64,000 nucleotides of DNA from Actinomycetes bacterium (GCA_024638645.1 JAHEJX010000006.1:9776-73775), one strand, 5' to 3'; counted from the first letter of the stretch, positions 42,734-52,344 are shown. Made by a program: numbers and translations. Notes: a model not told the origin generated them from the sequence alone.

Positions 42734-44071
42734 CTACCTGGGCCACTTGCGTCGCAAAACAGCAGGCCCGTAGCTGGATTCCGCGCCCTCAGGGGGTACC
42801 ACCGCAATACCGCCGGACACCGCTCTGAACTGCCAATCGCCGGCCGGAGCCACGCCCAGGGACATGCCATTGGCCCGCAGCTCGAAGGGTCCGTCGGCCG
42901 CGACATCCAGTGCAAGTGCCTCCTCGACCAGTCCAATCCGAACCATCCCTGGGAGGTCGCCGGCCTCTGGCAGTAGTCCTCCGTAGTAGTGCGCCAGGAT
43001 CTGGTCATACGTGGCGCCCCGATCTGCCATTGCTTTGGCACCCCACTGGCTCATGCCGACTCCGTGCCCCCAACCCTCGCCTGCGATCTGCAACCGGCCG
43101 TCGTGACCCCGGTCCGACTCTGGCAGCAGCTGGCGGAGCGCCGCCGAAGAGCGCGGAGTGCCCGACTCCCATGAGATGTCGAACGTGTACGAGAGAACCG
43201 ATTGGGGCCAGCGCCGCCCATCGGGTCGCGCCGCCGGGAGCAGGCCTGGATAGAGCTCAGGCCCGTAGACGTTCATGATGGCCCGAAATCTCGAGATGCT
43301 GAGCCTGGTCAACCCTGATTCAGAAGCCACGACCACCGAGGAACGGCCGGCCCCCTCCGCTGGTGCATCCACGTAAGCGTCGGTGATTGCTCCGCCGGTG
43401 CTGATTCCGGCTGCAGCCATCACACGCCGCACTTCCTCACTCCCCAGTTCCACCAACCACTCTTCGTATGGGGTGACGCCTTCCTCGGGCGAGTCGACTG
43501 CAACCAGGTATGGCGAGCCCCCACCGCCCCAGACGTCTTGAACCGGCCTGGTTCGGCTCCCGGCGCTCGACGAGTAGAACGTGTGCGCTGGGCTGCCGTT
43601 GTGAAGCAGGACCTCGCCGCTGGTTCGGTTGACTGCATCTACCCACGGGGCGGCAGCCGGGTCGCGCGCTATGGCGCTCCCTCGGTAGACCTGGCACGCC
43701 TGCGTTGCACAGATGTCGTAGCCGTAAGTGCGAGCCGAACCCGATCTCCCCCGGTTCATCTCCCAAGCCAGGAAGCTGCGGGCTGCAACCGCTTGAGCCT
43801 CGAGGGCAGCAGCCGGCCAACTAGCCGGGACCTCACGCAGCCCGGTCAAGTAGTCGTCGAGTGGCCGCGACTCGACGAGGCCAAGCCTCCCGTCGACGGC
43901 CACCACTTCCAACTGGCCGACGAACCGCCCTGTGCCCCATACCAGCTCGGTTTCCCCAACTGGCATGAGCTCAACTGTCTCCGGGAGCGTATCGGGCAAC
44001 GCGGAGGCGGCCGGCATGCCTGAGACCGCCAGGAGAAGGGCAGTGAGGCTGATCGGCAGGAATCGTCGCAT
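42734..44071 (-). CDS. SpoIID/LytB domain protein (lytic transglycosylase-like)
   Basis: Signal peptide; EVPASW..ALEAQAVAARS, DICAT..CQVY, G.GHGVGMSQWGA, ILAHYY. Confidence 0.9.
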   Translation of the reverse strand: MRRFLPISLTALLLAVSGMPAASALPDTLPETVELMPVGETELVWGTGRFVGQLEVVAVDGRLGLVESRPLDDYLTGLREVPASWPAAALEAQAVAARSFLAWEMNRGRSGSARTYGYDICATQACQVYRGSAIARDPAAAPWVDAVNRTSGEVLLHNGSPAHTFYSSSAGSRTRPVQDVWGGGGSPYLVAVDSPEEGVTPYEEWLVELGSEEVRRVMAAAGISTGGAITDAYVDAPAEGAGRSSVVVASESGLTRLSISRFRAIMNVYGPELYPGLLPAARPDGRRWPQSVLSYTFDISWESGTPRSSAALRQLLPESDRGHDGRLQIAGEGWGHGVGMSQWGAKAMADRGATYDQILAHYYGGLLPEAGDLPGMVRIGLVEEALALDVAADGPFELRANGMSLGVAPAGDWQFRAVSGGIAVVPPEGAESSYGPAVLRRKWPR

Positions 44072-44104
44072 CAGTTGATTCTCTCATTGCCGGACGTACA
44101 GTCG

Positions 44105-44302
44105 CGCAAAGGCCCGGGACTGACGCCCCGAGCCTTTGTCGCGGATCACCCTTCAGGAGGTGGTCGCTGAGTGACCGATGGTCCGCCAGCTGCCCATTGC
44201 CCCATCTGGGTTCTTTGTCGGATCCCGCATGACCGGGACCGCAACTTCTTACTGCTGCCACCTCGCTTGACCGGGTCTACAAGCCCGAAAAACAACTCGT
44301 TG
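44105..44302 (-). ncRNA. Candidate 6S/Ms1-like structured RNA
   Basis: TATGCT at 44314-44309; arm 44251-44276 pairs with 44148-44172; inner stem 44227-44240 with 44180-44193; AAGAAG bubble; 3' hairpin 44107-44138. Ends approximate. Confidence 0.6.
44107..44138 (-). terminator. 12-bp hairpin closing the candidate ncRNA/murA transcript
   Basis: CAAAGGCTCGGG-GCGTCAGT-CCCGGGCCTTTG on minus strand (one G-U pair). Confidence 0.7.
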
Positions 44303-44370
44303 TAGCCGAGCATAAGCGTTGAGCGTTCGATTCGCTCGGAAACGTGGATGGGTCGCGGATACCTCGGCGC

Positions 44371-45633
44371 TCATGTACGAGAGATCCTGGCCCCGAGAGC
44401 CACCATCTTTGGTACGAACCCCGCGTAACCTCGATCGATGTGATCTGCGTCGACGACTCTCGTTTCCCCGTCTGCAACGAGCCCCGCCAGTACGAGAGCG
44501 GCGGCGGCCCGGATATCGCAGCCGTCCACCTCGCATCCACTCATCTCGTCCACGCCTCGAACCACAACGTGCTGGCCGTCAGTCGTTATGTCTGCGCCCA
44601 TACGATTCAGCTCACCGACATAGCGGAATCGGGCGGCGTAGACATTCTCGGTGACGATGGAGGTGCCGTCGGCAGTAGCCAGAAAAGCCACCATCTGCGG
44701 ATGCATGTCGGTGTGGAACCCGGGATATGGAAGCGTGGCGAAGTCCACCGGCGATGCGCGCTCGGGTCCCGCCACGGTGACCCAGTCTTCACCCGTTGAT
44801 ACCTCGCACCCGGCGGCAGCCATCTTGCGGAGCTCCATTCGGAGATGATCTGGGACACAATCGATGATGGTCACAGCACCGCCGGTGATGGCGCCGGCAA
44901 GTGCGTAAGTGCCGGCTTCCAGCCGGTCCGGAACCACACGATGATTGGCCGGTTCCAGGCCGGGCACACCGTGAACGGTTATCGAAGAGGTACCGGCGCC
45001 CTCAATCTTCGCCCCCATCTTGTTGAGGTACTCGGCAAGGTCGGCAAGCTCCGGTTCCCTGGCAGCATTCGAGATTGTCGAGGTGCCGGATGCCATCGCC
45101 GCCGCCAGGAGGATGTTTTCTGTGGCCCCGACACTGGGAAACTCGAGGTAGATGTCTGATGCATGCAGTCCGTCGGGAGCAGTGCCCCTGAGCACGCCGT
45201 GGCTCAGTTCGAAGGTGGCGCCCATTTCCCGCAAACCGTCCAAATGCATATCAATGGGTCGCGACCCAAAGTCGTCGCCACCGGGCAGAGCGACTCGTGC
45301 TTCCCCGCAGCGCGCCAGCAGAGCTCCGAGTATCAGGATGGATGCTCGCATCTTGCGAACGAGCTGGAGCGGCGCCTCAGGATTGGGTCGCTCTGGCACG
45401 GTGATTTGAAGGGAGTTGCCTTCACGTTGACACGTGGCACCGGCGTGCGATAGAACCTCTCCCATGATCGCCACGTCGGCAATCCCGGGAACGTTGTCGA
45501 GAACGTGGTCCCCCGGGGCGAGCATGGCAGCGACCATGTGCTTGAGAACCGCGTTCTTGGCCCCGAGAACGGCTACCTCGCCACGCAGAGGCGCACCGCC
45601 GGTCACCTTGATCGTTTCGATCCTCGAACTCAC
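44371..45633 (-). CDS. murA: UDP-N-acetylglucosamine 1-carboxyvinyltransferase
   Basis: GAKNA, MRASI, LPGGD..G.RPID.H, PSVGATEN, DIRA, HIDRGY. Confidence 0.97.
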   Translation of the reverse strand: MSSRIETIKVTGGAPLRGEVAVLGAKNAVLKHMVAAMLAPGDHVLDNVPGIADVAIMGEVLSHAGATCQREGNSLQITVPERPNPEAPLQLVRKMRASILILGALLARCGEARVALPGGDDFGSRPIDMHLDGLREMGATFELSHGVLRGTAPDGLHASDIYLEFPSVGATENILLAAAMASGTSTISNAAREPELADLAEYLNKMGAKIEGAGTSSITVHGVPGLEPANHRVVPDRLEAGTYALAGAITGGAVTIIDCVPDHLRMELRKMAAAGCEVSTGEDWVTVAGPERASPVDFATLPYPGFHTDMHPQMVAFLATADGTSIVTENVYAARFRYVGELNRMGADITTDGQHVVVRGVDEMSGCEVDGCDIRAAAALVLAGLVADGETRVVDADHIDRGYAGFVPKMVALGARISRT

Positions 45634-45684
45634 GGTACGAGTCTACGGCGAATGCCGGCTACTGCAGGGTACCGGCCCGTCGCT

Positions 45685-46215
45685 TCACAGATCCTCGTTG
45701 AGAACCACTAGGCCGCTGCGAAAGACGTTGGCGTGAGACTCCCAGCTCGAGTTGGGGGCCCTGACTTCGACGCCGAAGCCCTTCGACGGAGTCACAGGGA
45801 CAAGTCGATGCCAGAGGCGCCCGCTCGAGATAAATCCCCACGAGTCGTAGACCCCACCCTGCTCGAGCATCACGTTGGCCAACTCAGCTTCGCCACCGTC
45901 GAGGATCGACCACAGGAGTTCAACGACGTCTCGAGGAGCCACGGGCCACGACGCTCCGGCATTCACAGCTATTCCTTCGAGATTGACCCGACCAACCGTC
46001 GCGATGACGTCGGCTGAGTCTGCATGGGTGAACGAAACGAACCTTTCTCCTGTTTCTGCCACGGTCCAGCCATCCGGATAGTCGACGCAGAAGTCGGCTA
46101 TGCAGACCTGCTGGGTCGCGGCTATCACAGGCGCGTTGGGACCGCCGCCGCACGACGCTACGAGCATCGCCGCGGCGAGTGCGACGATCTGGGAAAGCCT
46201 GGTACTGCGATACAT
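45685..46215 (-). CDS. Hypothetical lipoprotein
   Basis: Lipobox VASC; start uncertain. Confidence 0.65.
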   Translation of the reverse strand: MYRSTRLSQIVALAAAMLVASCGGGPNAPVIAATQQVCIADFCVDYPDGWTVAETGERFVSFTHADSADVIATVGRVNLEGIAVNAGASWPVAPRDVVELLWSILDGGEAELANVMLEQGGVYDSWGFISSGRLWHRLVPVTPSKGFGVEVRAPNSSWESHANVFRSGLVVLNEDL

Positions 46216-46292
46216 CGTTCCTCTCAAACGCCCGGTCCGGGGCGCCGATTCATTAGTACTATTGCCGCTCCCCCACTTCTTGATCGGCTGCT

Positions 46293-48362
46293 GTGATGCA
46301 AGAACGATATATCAACCGAGAGTTGTCGCTGCTGGCGTTCCAGGAGCGGGTTCTCGCGCTCGCCGCAGAGGCGACCGCTCCCCTACTCGAGCGGCTCAAG
46401 TTCATTGCCATCGTGAGTTCCAACCTCGACGAGTTCTTTCAGGTCAGGGTCTCCGGTCTCATCGGACAGAAGCGCAGCGGAGCCGACATCCGGTCGATCG
46501 ATGGGATGACGGCGTCTGAGCAGCTCGAAGCCATTCGGCAACGGGTGGCATCGATCGTCACTGAGCAAGACGACATCTTTCTCGACCAGATAGTGCCGGC
46601 CCTCGACAAGGAAGGCATTGCATTCGTCAGTTGGGACGAGCTCCCCGCCGCAGAACGCCGCGAGCTGGCTGTGACGTTCGAAGAGCAGATGTTTCCCGTC
46701 TTGACACCGCTTGCGGTCGACCCGGCACACCCCTTCCCGTACATCTCGAACCTGTCCTTGAACCTGGCCGTACTGGTTCGCGACGCGGCGTCGGACACGC
46801 GCCGTTTTGCCCGCGTCAAGATCCCACCCGTTTTGCCGAGATTCGTACCCCTCGCCGATGGCGAGCGCTTCGTACCCCTCGAACAGGTAGTTGCTGCGCA
46901 TTTGCCACGCCTGTTCCCGGGTAGCACGGTCGAGGCTCACTTCGCATTCCGTGTGACACGCAACGCCGATTTCGCGGTTGAGGAGGACGAGGCCGACGAC
47001 CTGCTGTCCGCAATGGAGAACGTCCTCTACTTCAGGCAGCGCTCAGCGAGCGCTGTGCGGCTCGAGGTGGAAGAGGACATGACCGACGAAGTCCTCAACG
47101 TTCTCATCCGCGAGCTCGACCTGACCTTTGATGACGTCACAATTCACCGGGCGCCACTCGGCCTGTCGGCGCTATTCAGCATCCACAGTGTCAATCGCCC
47201 CGATCTCAAAGACCCACCGTGGGTGCCGACCACACAGCGGACCCTCACCCCGGCGGGCGAGACGGTCGATTTCTTCGCAAAGATGAGACAGCAAGACATT
47301 CTCGTGCATCACCCTTATGAGTCGTTCGGCACGTCGACTGCCGCCTTTCTCGCCCAAGCAGTGAAGGACCCTGACGTCCTCGCCATCAAACAGACCCTCT
47401 ACCGAACATCCGCGGCAGACGACCCGGCGATAGGAGGCGAGCGGGCCGTGGTTGAGATGCTCCGTGAAGCAGCCATGGCCGGCAAGCAGGTTGTTGTGCT
47501 CGTCGAGCTGAAAGCTCGGTTCGATGAAGCGGCGAATATCAACTGGGCTCGGATGCTCGAAGACGCAGGCGCCCATGTCGCGTACGGCGTGACCGGCTTG
47601 AAGACCCACGCCAAGATCCTCCTCGTGGTGCGCCGTGAAGATGGCGGGGTTCGCCGGTACGCCCATCTGGGCACGGGCAATTACAACCCCAAAACTGCAG
47701 TCATCTACGAAGACCTTGGTTTGTTCACCGCAGACGAGAAGATCGGGGCCGACATCTCGGAGCTCTTCAACTCGCTCACCGGTTACGGTGCGGGCGCCGA
47801 GTACCGGAAGCTGTTGGTGGCGCCGGCGCGGCTGAAGGACCGCATGATCGAGCGGATCCGTAACGAAGCGGCGCTCGGCACCGATGGCAAGATCGTCTTC
47901 AAGATCAACCACATCACCGATCCGGACGTCATTGACGAGCTGTACGCCGCCTCGCAGGCCGGCACTCGGGTCGAGCTCATCGTGCGAGGGATCTGCTCTA
48001 TCAGGGCCGGAGTCCCCGGGCTTTCAGACAACATCAGCGTACGTTCGATCGTCGGCCGCTTCCTAGAGCACTCCCGGATCTACCGCTTCGGCCGACCAGG
48101 TCGGGGTGCGGTCTACTACATGGGTTCGGCCGACCTCATGCAGCGCAATCTCAGCGGAAGGGTGGAGTCGCTGGTTCCGGTCACCGATTCCGGCCTTCAG
48201 GAGCGCATAGAGGAGATTCTCGACACACTGCGCGCCGATGATGTGCTGGCATGGGAGCTCGAGCCGAGCGGTGAGTGGCACAAGGTTCCGGCCGACGCCG
48301 GAATCGATACTCACGTCACAATGCAGGCGAGCGCACTCAACCGAAGCAAGGAAGCGTCCTAG
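46293..48362 (+). CDS. ppk1: Polyphosphate kinase 1
   Basis: INRELS, SSNLDEFF, HPFPYIS, HHPYESF, ELKARFDE, KTHAK, GTGNYN, FLEHSR. Confidence 0.97.
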   Translation: MMQERYINRELSLLAFQERVLALAAEATAPLLERLKFIAIVSSNLDEFFQVRVSGLIGQKRSGADIRSIDGMTASEQLEAIRQRVASIVTEQDDIFLDQIVPALDKEGIAFVSWDELPAAERRELAVTFEEQMFPVLTPLAVDPAHPFPYISNLSLNLAVLVRDAASDTRRFARVKIPPVLPRFVPLADGERFVPLEQVVAAHLPRLFPGSTVEAHFAFRVTRNADFAVEEDEADDLLSAMENVLYFRQRSASAVRLEVEEDMTDEVLNVLIRELDLTFDDVTIHRAPLGLSALFSIHSVNRPDLKDPPWVPTTQRTLTPAGETVDFFAKMRQQDILVHHPYESFGTSTAAFLAQAVKDPDVLAIKQTLYRTSAADDPAIGGERAVVEMLREAAMAGKQVVVLVELKARFDEAANINWARMLEDAGAHVAYGVTGLKTHAKILLVVRREDGGVRRYAHLGTGNYNPKTAVIYEDLGLFTADEKIGADISELFNSLTGYGAGAEYRKLLVAPARLKDRMIERIRNEAALGTDGKIVFKINHITDPDVIDELYAASQAGTRVELIVRGICSIRAGVPGLSDNISVRSIVGRFLEHSRIYRFGRPGRGAVYYMGSADLMQRNLSGRVESLVPVTDSGLQERIEEILDTLRADDVLAWELEPSGEWHKVPADAGIDTHVTMQASALNRSKEAS

Positions 48363-49264
48363 TGGCGAAGTTGCTGCGAAGAGAGTCGGACTACCTCCCC
48401 ACTATTTGGGCTGCGGGCGCAGCTGTGTATCGCATGCGCAACGGCAAGCCCGAGATCCTTCTCACCCATCGGCCCCGCTATGACGACTGGTCACTGCCCA
48501 AGGGGAAGCTCAACCGGGGTGAAGGCTTCAGGGATTGTGCGGAACGTGAAACAGAGGAGGAAAGCGGAGTCACAGGGGTCGTCGAGGATTTGATCGGCAC
48601 CGTCGGCTACGTGACGGGCGCCGGGAACAACAAGGCCGTCCGCTATTGGCTGCTCCAGGCAAAGGACGAGTCGTTCAAACCAAACCAGGAAGTGGACAAG
48701 ATTCGCTGGTTCCGCCCGAACAAGGCGATGGACAAAGCAACCTATTCCCGCGACGAGGCAATAATCGCCGCAGCTGTTGACATGGCCATGGACCGTGAGC
48801 CCGGCACCGTCTATCTGGTGCGACACGCCCACGCCGGAGAGAAGAAGAAGTGGCGCAAGGCCGATGTTGTGCGACCAATTTCGAAGAAGGGCCACGAGCA
48901 GGTCGAGGAGCTAACGACCCGTCTCGTGCGGACCCCTATCACTGAAGTACTTTCGAGCCCCTCGCTGCGTTGTGAACAATCAGTCGCACCGCTTGCGGCG
49001 CGGCTCGGACTAAAAGTCAGAACGGCGCAGGCTTTGCGCCGCGAATCCACATTGGACAAGACCCTGCGGCTCATTCGCAAGAACCGCGGGAAGCGCACCG
49101 TGATGTGCGCGCACGGCGAGACCATCGGTCCGCTGATAGAGAAGCTCGCCGCCGACCCGAAGGTCGACGTACGAGGACCGATGGAGTGGCCGAAAGGCTC
49201 GATTTGGGTGGTCACGACCCGCAAGAATCGGATCGTCAGAGCCCGATACGTCCCGCCTGCCTAG
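48362..49264 (+). CDS. NUDIX hydrolase-histidine phosphatase fusion (MutT1-like)
   Basis: HRPRYDDWSLPKGK..GE......RE..EE.G; LVRHAHAG, SSP..RC, CAHG; follows ppk1. Confidence 0.88.
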   Translation: MAKLLRRESDYLPTIWAAGAAVYRMRNGKPEILLTHRPRYDDWSLPKGKLNRGEGFRDCAERETEEESGVTGVVEDLIGTVGYVTGAGNNKAVRYWLLQAKDESFKPNQEVDKIRWFRPNKAMDKATYSRDEAIIAAAVDMAMDREPGTVYLVRHAHAGEKKKWRKADVVRPISKKGHEQVEELTTRLVRTPITEVLSSPSLRCEQSVAPLAARLGLKVRTAQALRRESTLDKTLRLIRKNRGKRTVMCAHGETIGPLIEKLAADPKVDVRGPMEWPKGSIWVVTTRKNRIVRARYVPPA

Positions 49265-49917
49265 AGAGAGCGTACCCAATCGGCGGCCCGGCCCACGATG
49301 CCGTCGATGACCTCCGCCGTTGTCGACTCGGACCTCTTGGGGACATTGAAGCTGTGGTCGCCAAGTTCGATCACCTCCACGGTGGCATTTGGCAGGGTCT
49401 TTGCCAATGGCACCATCAGCTCGGGCGGGCTGAGGCGGTCTCGCGTGCCGGCGAAGAAGATCTGCGGTACTCCAATTCTCTCCAGGTGATCTGTTGGGCG
49501 CGGCTCGCCCTTGCCGATGGGAACGAGCGGATAGCCGAGGTACAGCATTCCAACGGCAGGCCACCCTGCGTCGCCGGCCAGATGCGAGCCAACCCGGCCG
49601 CCCATGGACTTCCCTGCCAGCACGACGCCGTCGGCATAGGCGGCGAGGCGGTCCGCGGCAGCCCTGTGCACGGCTAGGAGTTTGGGCATTCGGTCAGGCG
49701 CGCGGCGACCCGACTGGATGTAGGAATAGTCAAACGTCATCACGATGATGCCGGCAGCGCCGAGGCCACGCCGAACGCGTTCCATGAAGCGATGCCGTTG
49801 GCCCGCCCCGGCCCCGTGAGCGAGAAGCACTCCAACGGATGTGGTGTCCTTCGGGACTTCGAGAAGCGCATCAACTGCGTCGCCACCATCCCATTTGATC
49901 TTCAGTCGCCTAGCCAT
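49261..49917 (-). CDS. Alpha/beta hydrolase
   Basis: LAHGAG, GKSMGGR, GTRD, GDHS. Confidence 0.85.
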   Translation of the reverse strand: MARRLKIKWDGGDAVDALLEVPKDTTSVGVLLAHGAGAGQRHRFMERVRRGLGAAGIIVMTFDYSYIQSGRRAPDRMPKLLAVHRAAADRLAAYADGVVLAGKSMGGRVGSHLAGDAGWPAVGMLYLGYPLVPIGKGEPRPTDHLERIGVPQIFFAGTRDRLSPPELMVPLAKTLPNATVEVIELGDHSFNVPKRSESTTAEVIDGIVGRAADWVRSL

Positions 49918-49978
49918 GGTCCCATTGTGCCGCATTACTCAGTGAGCAGAATGTTCCTGGGCTGCCATGCCAGGCCGT

Positions 49979-50000
49979 GACTACCAGATACGAGATACCA
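49979..50000. repeat. Short heptamer array GACTACC AGATACG AGATACC
   Basis: GATACGAGATACC is the exact reverse complement of 12469-12481. Confidence 0.6.
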
Positions 50001-50026
50001 GGTTCTCCGGAGTTAGTGTCGCTTCC

Positions 50027-50731
50027 GTGAACGCCATCACCACCCTCGCAACGCCTCAGGCCGTCGCGGCCGCTGCAGCAGATCACATAGCTTCCGCGCT
50101 CGACGTCATCGGTGGTCCGGCAACCCTCGGCCTGGCCGGGGGCGGCACACCGCAAGCGACTTACCGTGAACTCGCGTTACGGGATGTGGCTTGGGAGGAC
50201 ATCACGATGTGGCTCGGGGATGAGCGATGGGTAGCTCACAATCATCCAGAGTCCAACGTGGGAATGGTGCGTGGAGCGCTCGTCGATTCCGTGAACGGTC
50301 ACTTACTCGCCCCCAACCATGCTATCGGTGACCCGCACGCGGCGGCAGCCGCATATGAGACTGCGCTCGGGTCGGCATTCGTCGATCGGGGCCAGGGCAA
50401 GGCCCCCGATATCGTTCTCCTCGGAATCGGCGACGACGGGCACACCGCGTCGTTGTTCCCCGGGACGGCCGCCCTCGAAAGCGCCCACCTCGGCTATCTA
50501 GCCAACTGGGTCGAGGCCAAAGATGCATGGCGCCTGACCGCCACACTGCCGTTGCTGTGGTCGGCCGAACAGCTCGTCTTCATCGTCACGGGAGAAGGTA
50601 AGGCGCCGATAGTGAAAGAGATTCTGATTGAATCCAAGCCGTATCCAGCGCAGCGGGCAGCTGAGAGCGCCCTTCTGGCTACCTGGTTTCTCGATGAGGC
50701 AGCCGCGAGCCTCTTAGGAGAAGCGGGCTAA
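50027..50731 (+). CDS. pgl: 6-phosphogluconolactonase
   Basis: LAGGGTP, GDERWV, SN, LGIG.DGHTASLFPG, R.T.T.P; TAGTGT 7 nt before GTG. Confidence 0.92.
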   Translation: MNAITTLATPQAVAAAAADHIASALDVIGGPATLGLAGGGTPQATYRELALRDVAWEDITMWLGDERWVAHNHPESNVGMVRGALVDSVNGHLLAPNHAIGDPHAAAAAYETALGSAFVDRGQGKAPDIVLLGIGDDGHTASLFPGTAALESAHLGYLANWVEAKDAWRLTATLPLLWSAEQLVFIVTGEGKAPIVKEILIESKPYPAQRAAESALLATWFLDEAAASLLGEAG

Positions 50732-51138
50732 GGGCCGGGACTGTCTCCAGGTGTGACGCCGCGCATGATCTCGAGCAAGATCGCCCCGGCCAGCGAGTTC
50801 GGTTCGAGATCGTCACCAACCCGTTCCATGATTGCGGCGTTGAGCGCAGCCGGATCGCAGTCGAGCGCCTGGGATCTGCTGTCGAACTCCTTGCCCTTGG
50901 CGAGGAGCTCGGCCAAATCGCCTTCCGCTGGCTGATCACCGGTGATCACGTCGAGCGGAGCCGCCTCCAGTGCAGCGAGCAGCTGAACGGCAAGCGCTTC
51001 TCCAGTCGGGATCAAATCGTCGCAACTCTGGGCCTCCTCGGGCAGCACCTCAACCTCGATGGGATCAGGCGTGCATGCCGCCAACAGCGAGAAGAGGACG
51101 AGCGAGGAGGCGAGCCAGATTCGGGGGTGAACGAACAC
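50728..51138 (-). CDS. Hypothetical lipoprotein
   Basis: Lipobox LAAC, acidic helical body with two further Cys. Confidence 0.65.
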   Translation of the reverse strand: MFVHPRIWLASSLVLFSLLAACTPDPIEVEVLPEEAQSCDDLIPTGEALAVQLLAALEAAPLDVITGDQPAEGDLAELLAKGKEFDSRSQALDCDPAALNAAIMERVGDDLEPNSLAGAILLEIMRGVTPGDSPGP

Positions 51139-51148
51139 AGCGCGCAGT

Positions 51149-51868
51149 CTAAGTCGGCACTTGTGCTGCGCCCTGTCGATATGAGGCGCGGCTGGCCACC
51201 CGATAGCCGGCCCACAGGAGCGCAGCCCCGATCAGCAGCGAGATGGCGAACGCACCACCTTCTCCAAGGGCGGTCAACGAGCCACCGAAAGCAGGAGCAA
51301 GGGTGCCAAGGATGATCAGAACGTTGCCGATCAAGGCGTTGCGGTCACTGCGGCGCCGTACCGCGCTGATTGCGGCCAACCCGATGACGATGACCGTACC
51401 AACTCCGCCGGCTATGGCGGCGAAGGTACGCGGACTCGGGATCGGGGGGACCGCAGGATCGTCGATCATCCCGCGTTGGAAGACGGCGGATCCCTCGGGA
51501 ACACCGACGTCGGCGATCTCCCCAACTGCAGGCGCCACCATGGTCGACCAGGCCGCCAACGCGAAGAACGGGATCAGGAAGCCGACAAATCGTCTACCTG
51601 CCCGTTCTCCCCTGACGAGTGCGATCGACCCAAGCGCCAAGATCGGGATGTTCACAACAGCCCCGAGGTAATAGAACACACGAAAGCTGGTGTCGGTCCA
51701 GCCTCGAAGCAGGCCCCAGGCCAAGGTCCATGTTGCGATGGCGTACAACGACATCGCCATTGCCCAGGCAAGCGCGTGGAAACGAGCCCGACGCACCTGA
51801 CTGTGCCACAGATCAATGGCAAAGCCCGAGGCCAGGGCGGCAGCCAAGAACGCAAGTGCTCCGTCCAT
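51149..51868 (-). CDS. Hypothetical integral membrane protein
   Basis: About 7 hydrophobic segments; start at ATG 51868 inferred. Confidence 0.7.
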   Translation of the reverse strand: MDGALAFLAAALASGFAIDLWHSQVRRARFHALAWAMAMSLYAIATWTLAWGLLRGWTDTSFRVFYYLGAVVNIPILALGSIALVRGERAGRRFVGFLIPFFALAAWSTMVAPAVGEIADVGVPEGSAVFQRGMIDDPAVPPIPSPRTFAAIAGGVGTVIVIGLAAISAVRRRSDRNALIGNVLIILGTLAPAFGGSLTALGEGGAFAISLLIGAALLWAGYRVASRASYRQGAAQVPT

Positions 51869-52074
51869 TCGGGCGCAACCATAAGGCCGATGACCGACTG
51901 CGTCACAACCACGCCACTCGCGGGGCCGCGACGATTTCAGAGCCGGCGACGTTGTAGCTGAGGAACGCAACAAGGCTCATCGGCGTCTCATGCGATGGGA
52001 GCGCGAATACACCGCCCAATTGAGACGCGAAGATCTCGGCCCACAAACCCCAATCCAGACATAAGATGAAATCC

Positions 52075-52344
52075 ATGGCGAGCGACGGTGATGTGAAGAG
52101 GGAGGGCGAGGCTGCCGAGCGCCGCTCTGGGCCGGTCCGCAAGGTAGGGGTGGCGGTCGCCGGCATGGTCGTGATCCTCATCGGCATCCCGATGATCCCG
52201 CTGATTGGGCCCGGTTGGCTCGTTGTGTTCACCGGCCTTGCGATCCTCGCCAGCGAGTTCGAGTGGGCGGGTAGATTGCGGGACCGGATCCGGGACCGGA
52301 TCCGGTCACTGATTGGAAGATCGCCTTCTGGAAGCACCGACTGA
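52075..52344 (+). CDS. PGPGW-domain membrane protein
   Basis: IGPGW..GLAILASEFEWA; TAAGAT 7 nt before ATG. Confidence 0.8.
   Translation: MASDGDVKREGEAAERRSGPVRKVGVAVAGMVVILIGIPMIPLIGPGWLVVFTGLAILASEFEWAGRLRDRIRDRIRSLIGRSPSGSTD

Noticed and set aside
42734-44071. SpoIID as evidence of sporulation
   Set aside because: SpoIID/LytB domains are widespread in non-sporulating bacteria as peptidoglycan-remodelling enzymes
44105-44302. SRP RNA, tmRNA or RNase P identity for the structured gap
   Set aside because: No SRP helix-8 GNRA motif, no tRNA-like ends or tag ORF, too short and lacking RNase P P4 signatures
52278-52306. 12-nt direct repeat CGGGACCGGATC
   Set aside because: In-frame coding duplication (RDRIRDRI) in the PGPGW protein, unrelated to the heptamer family
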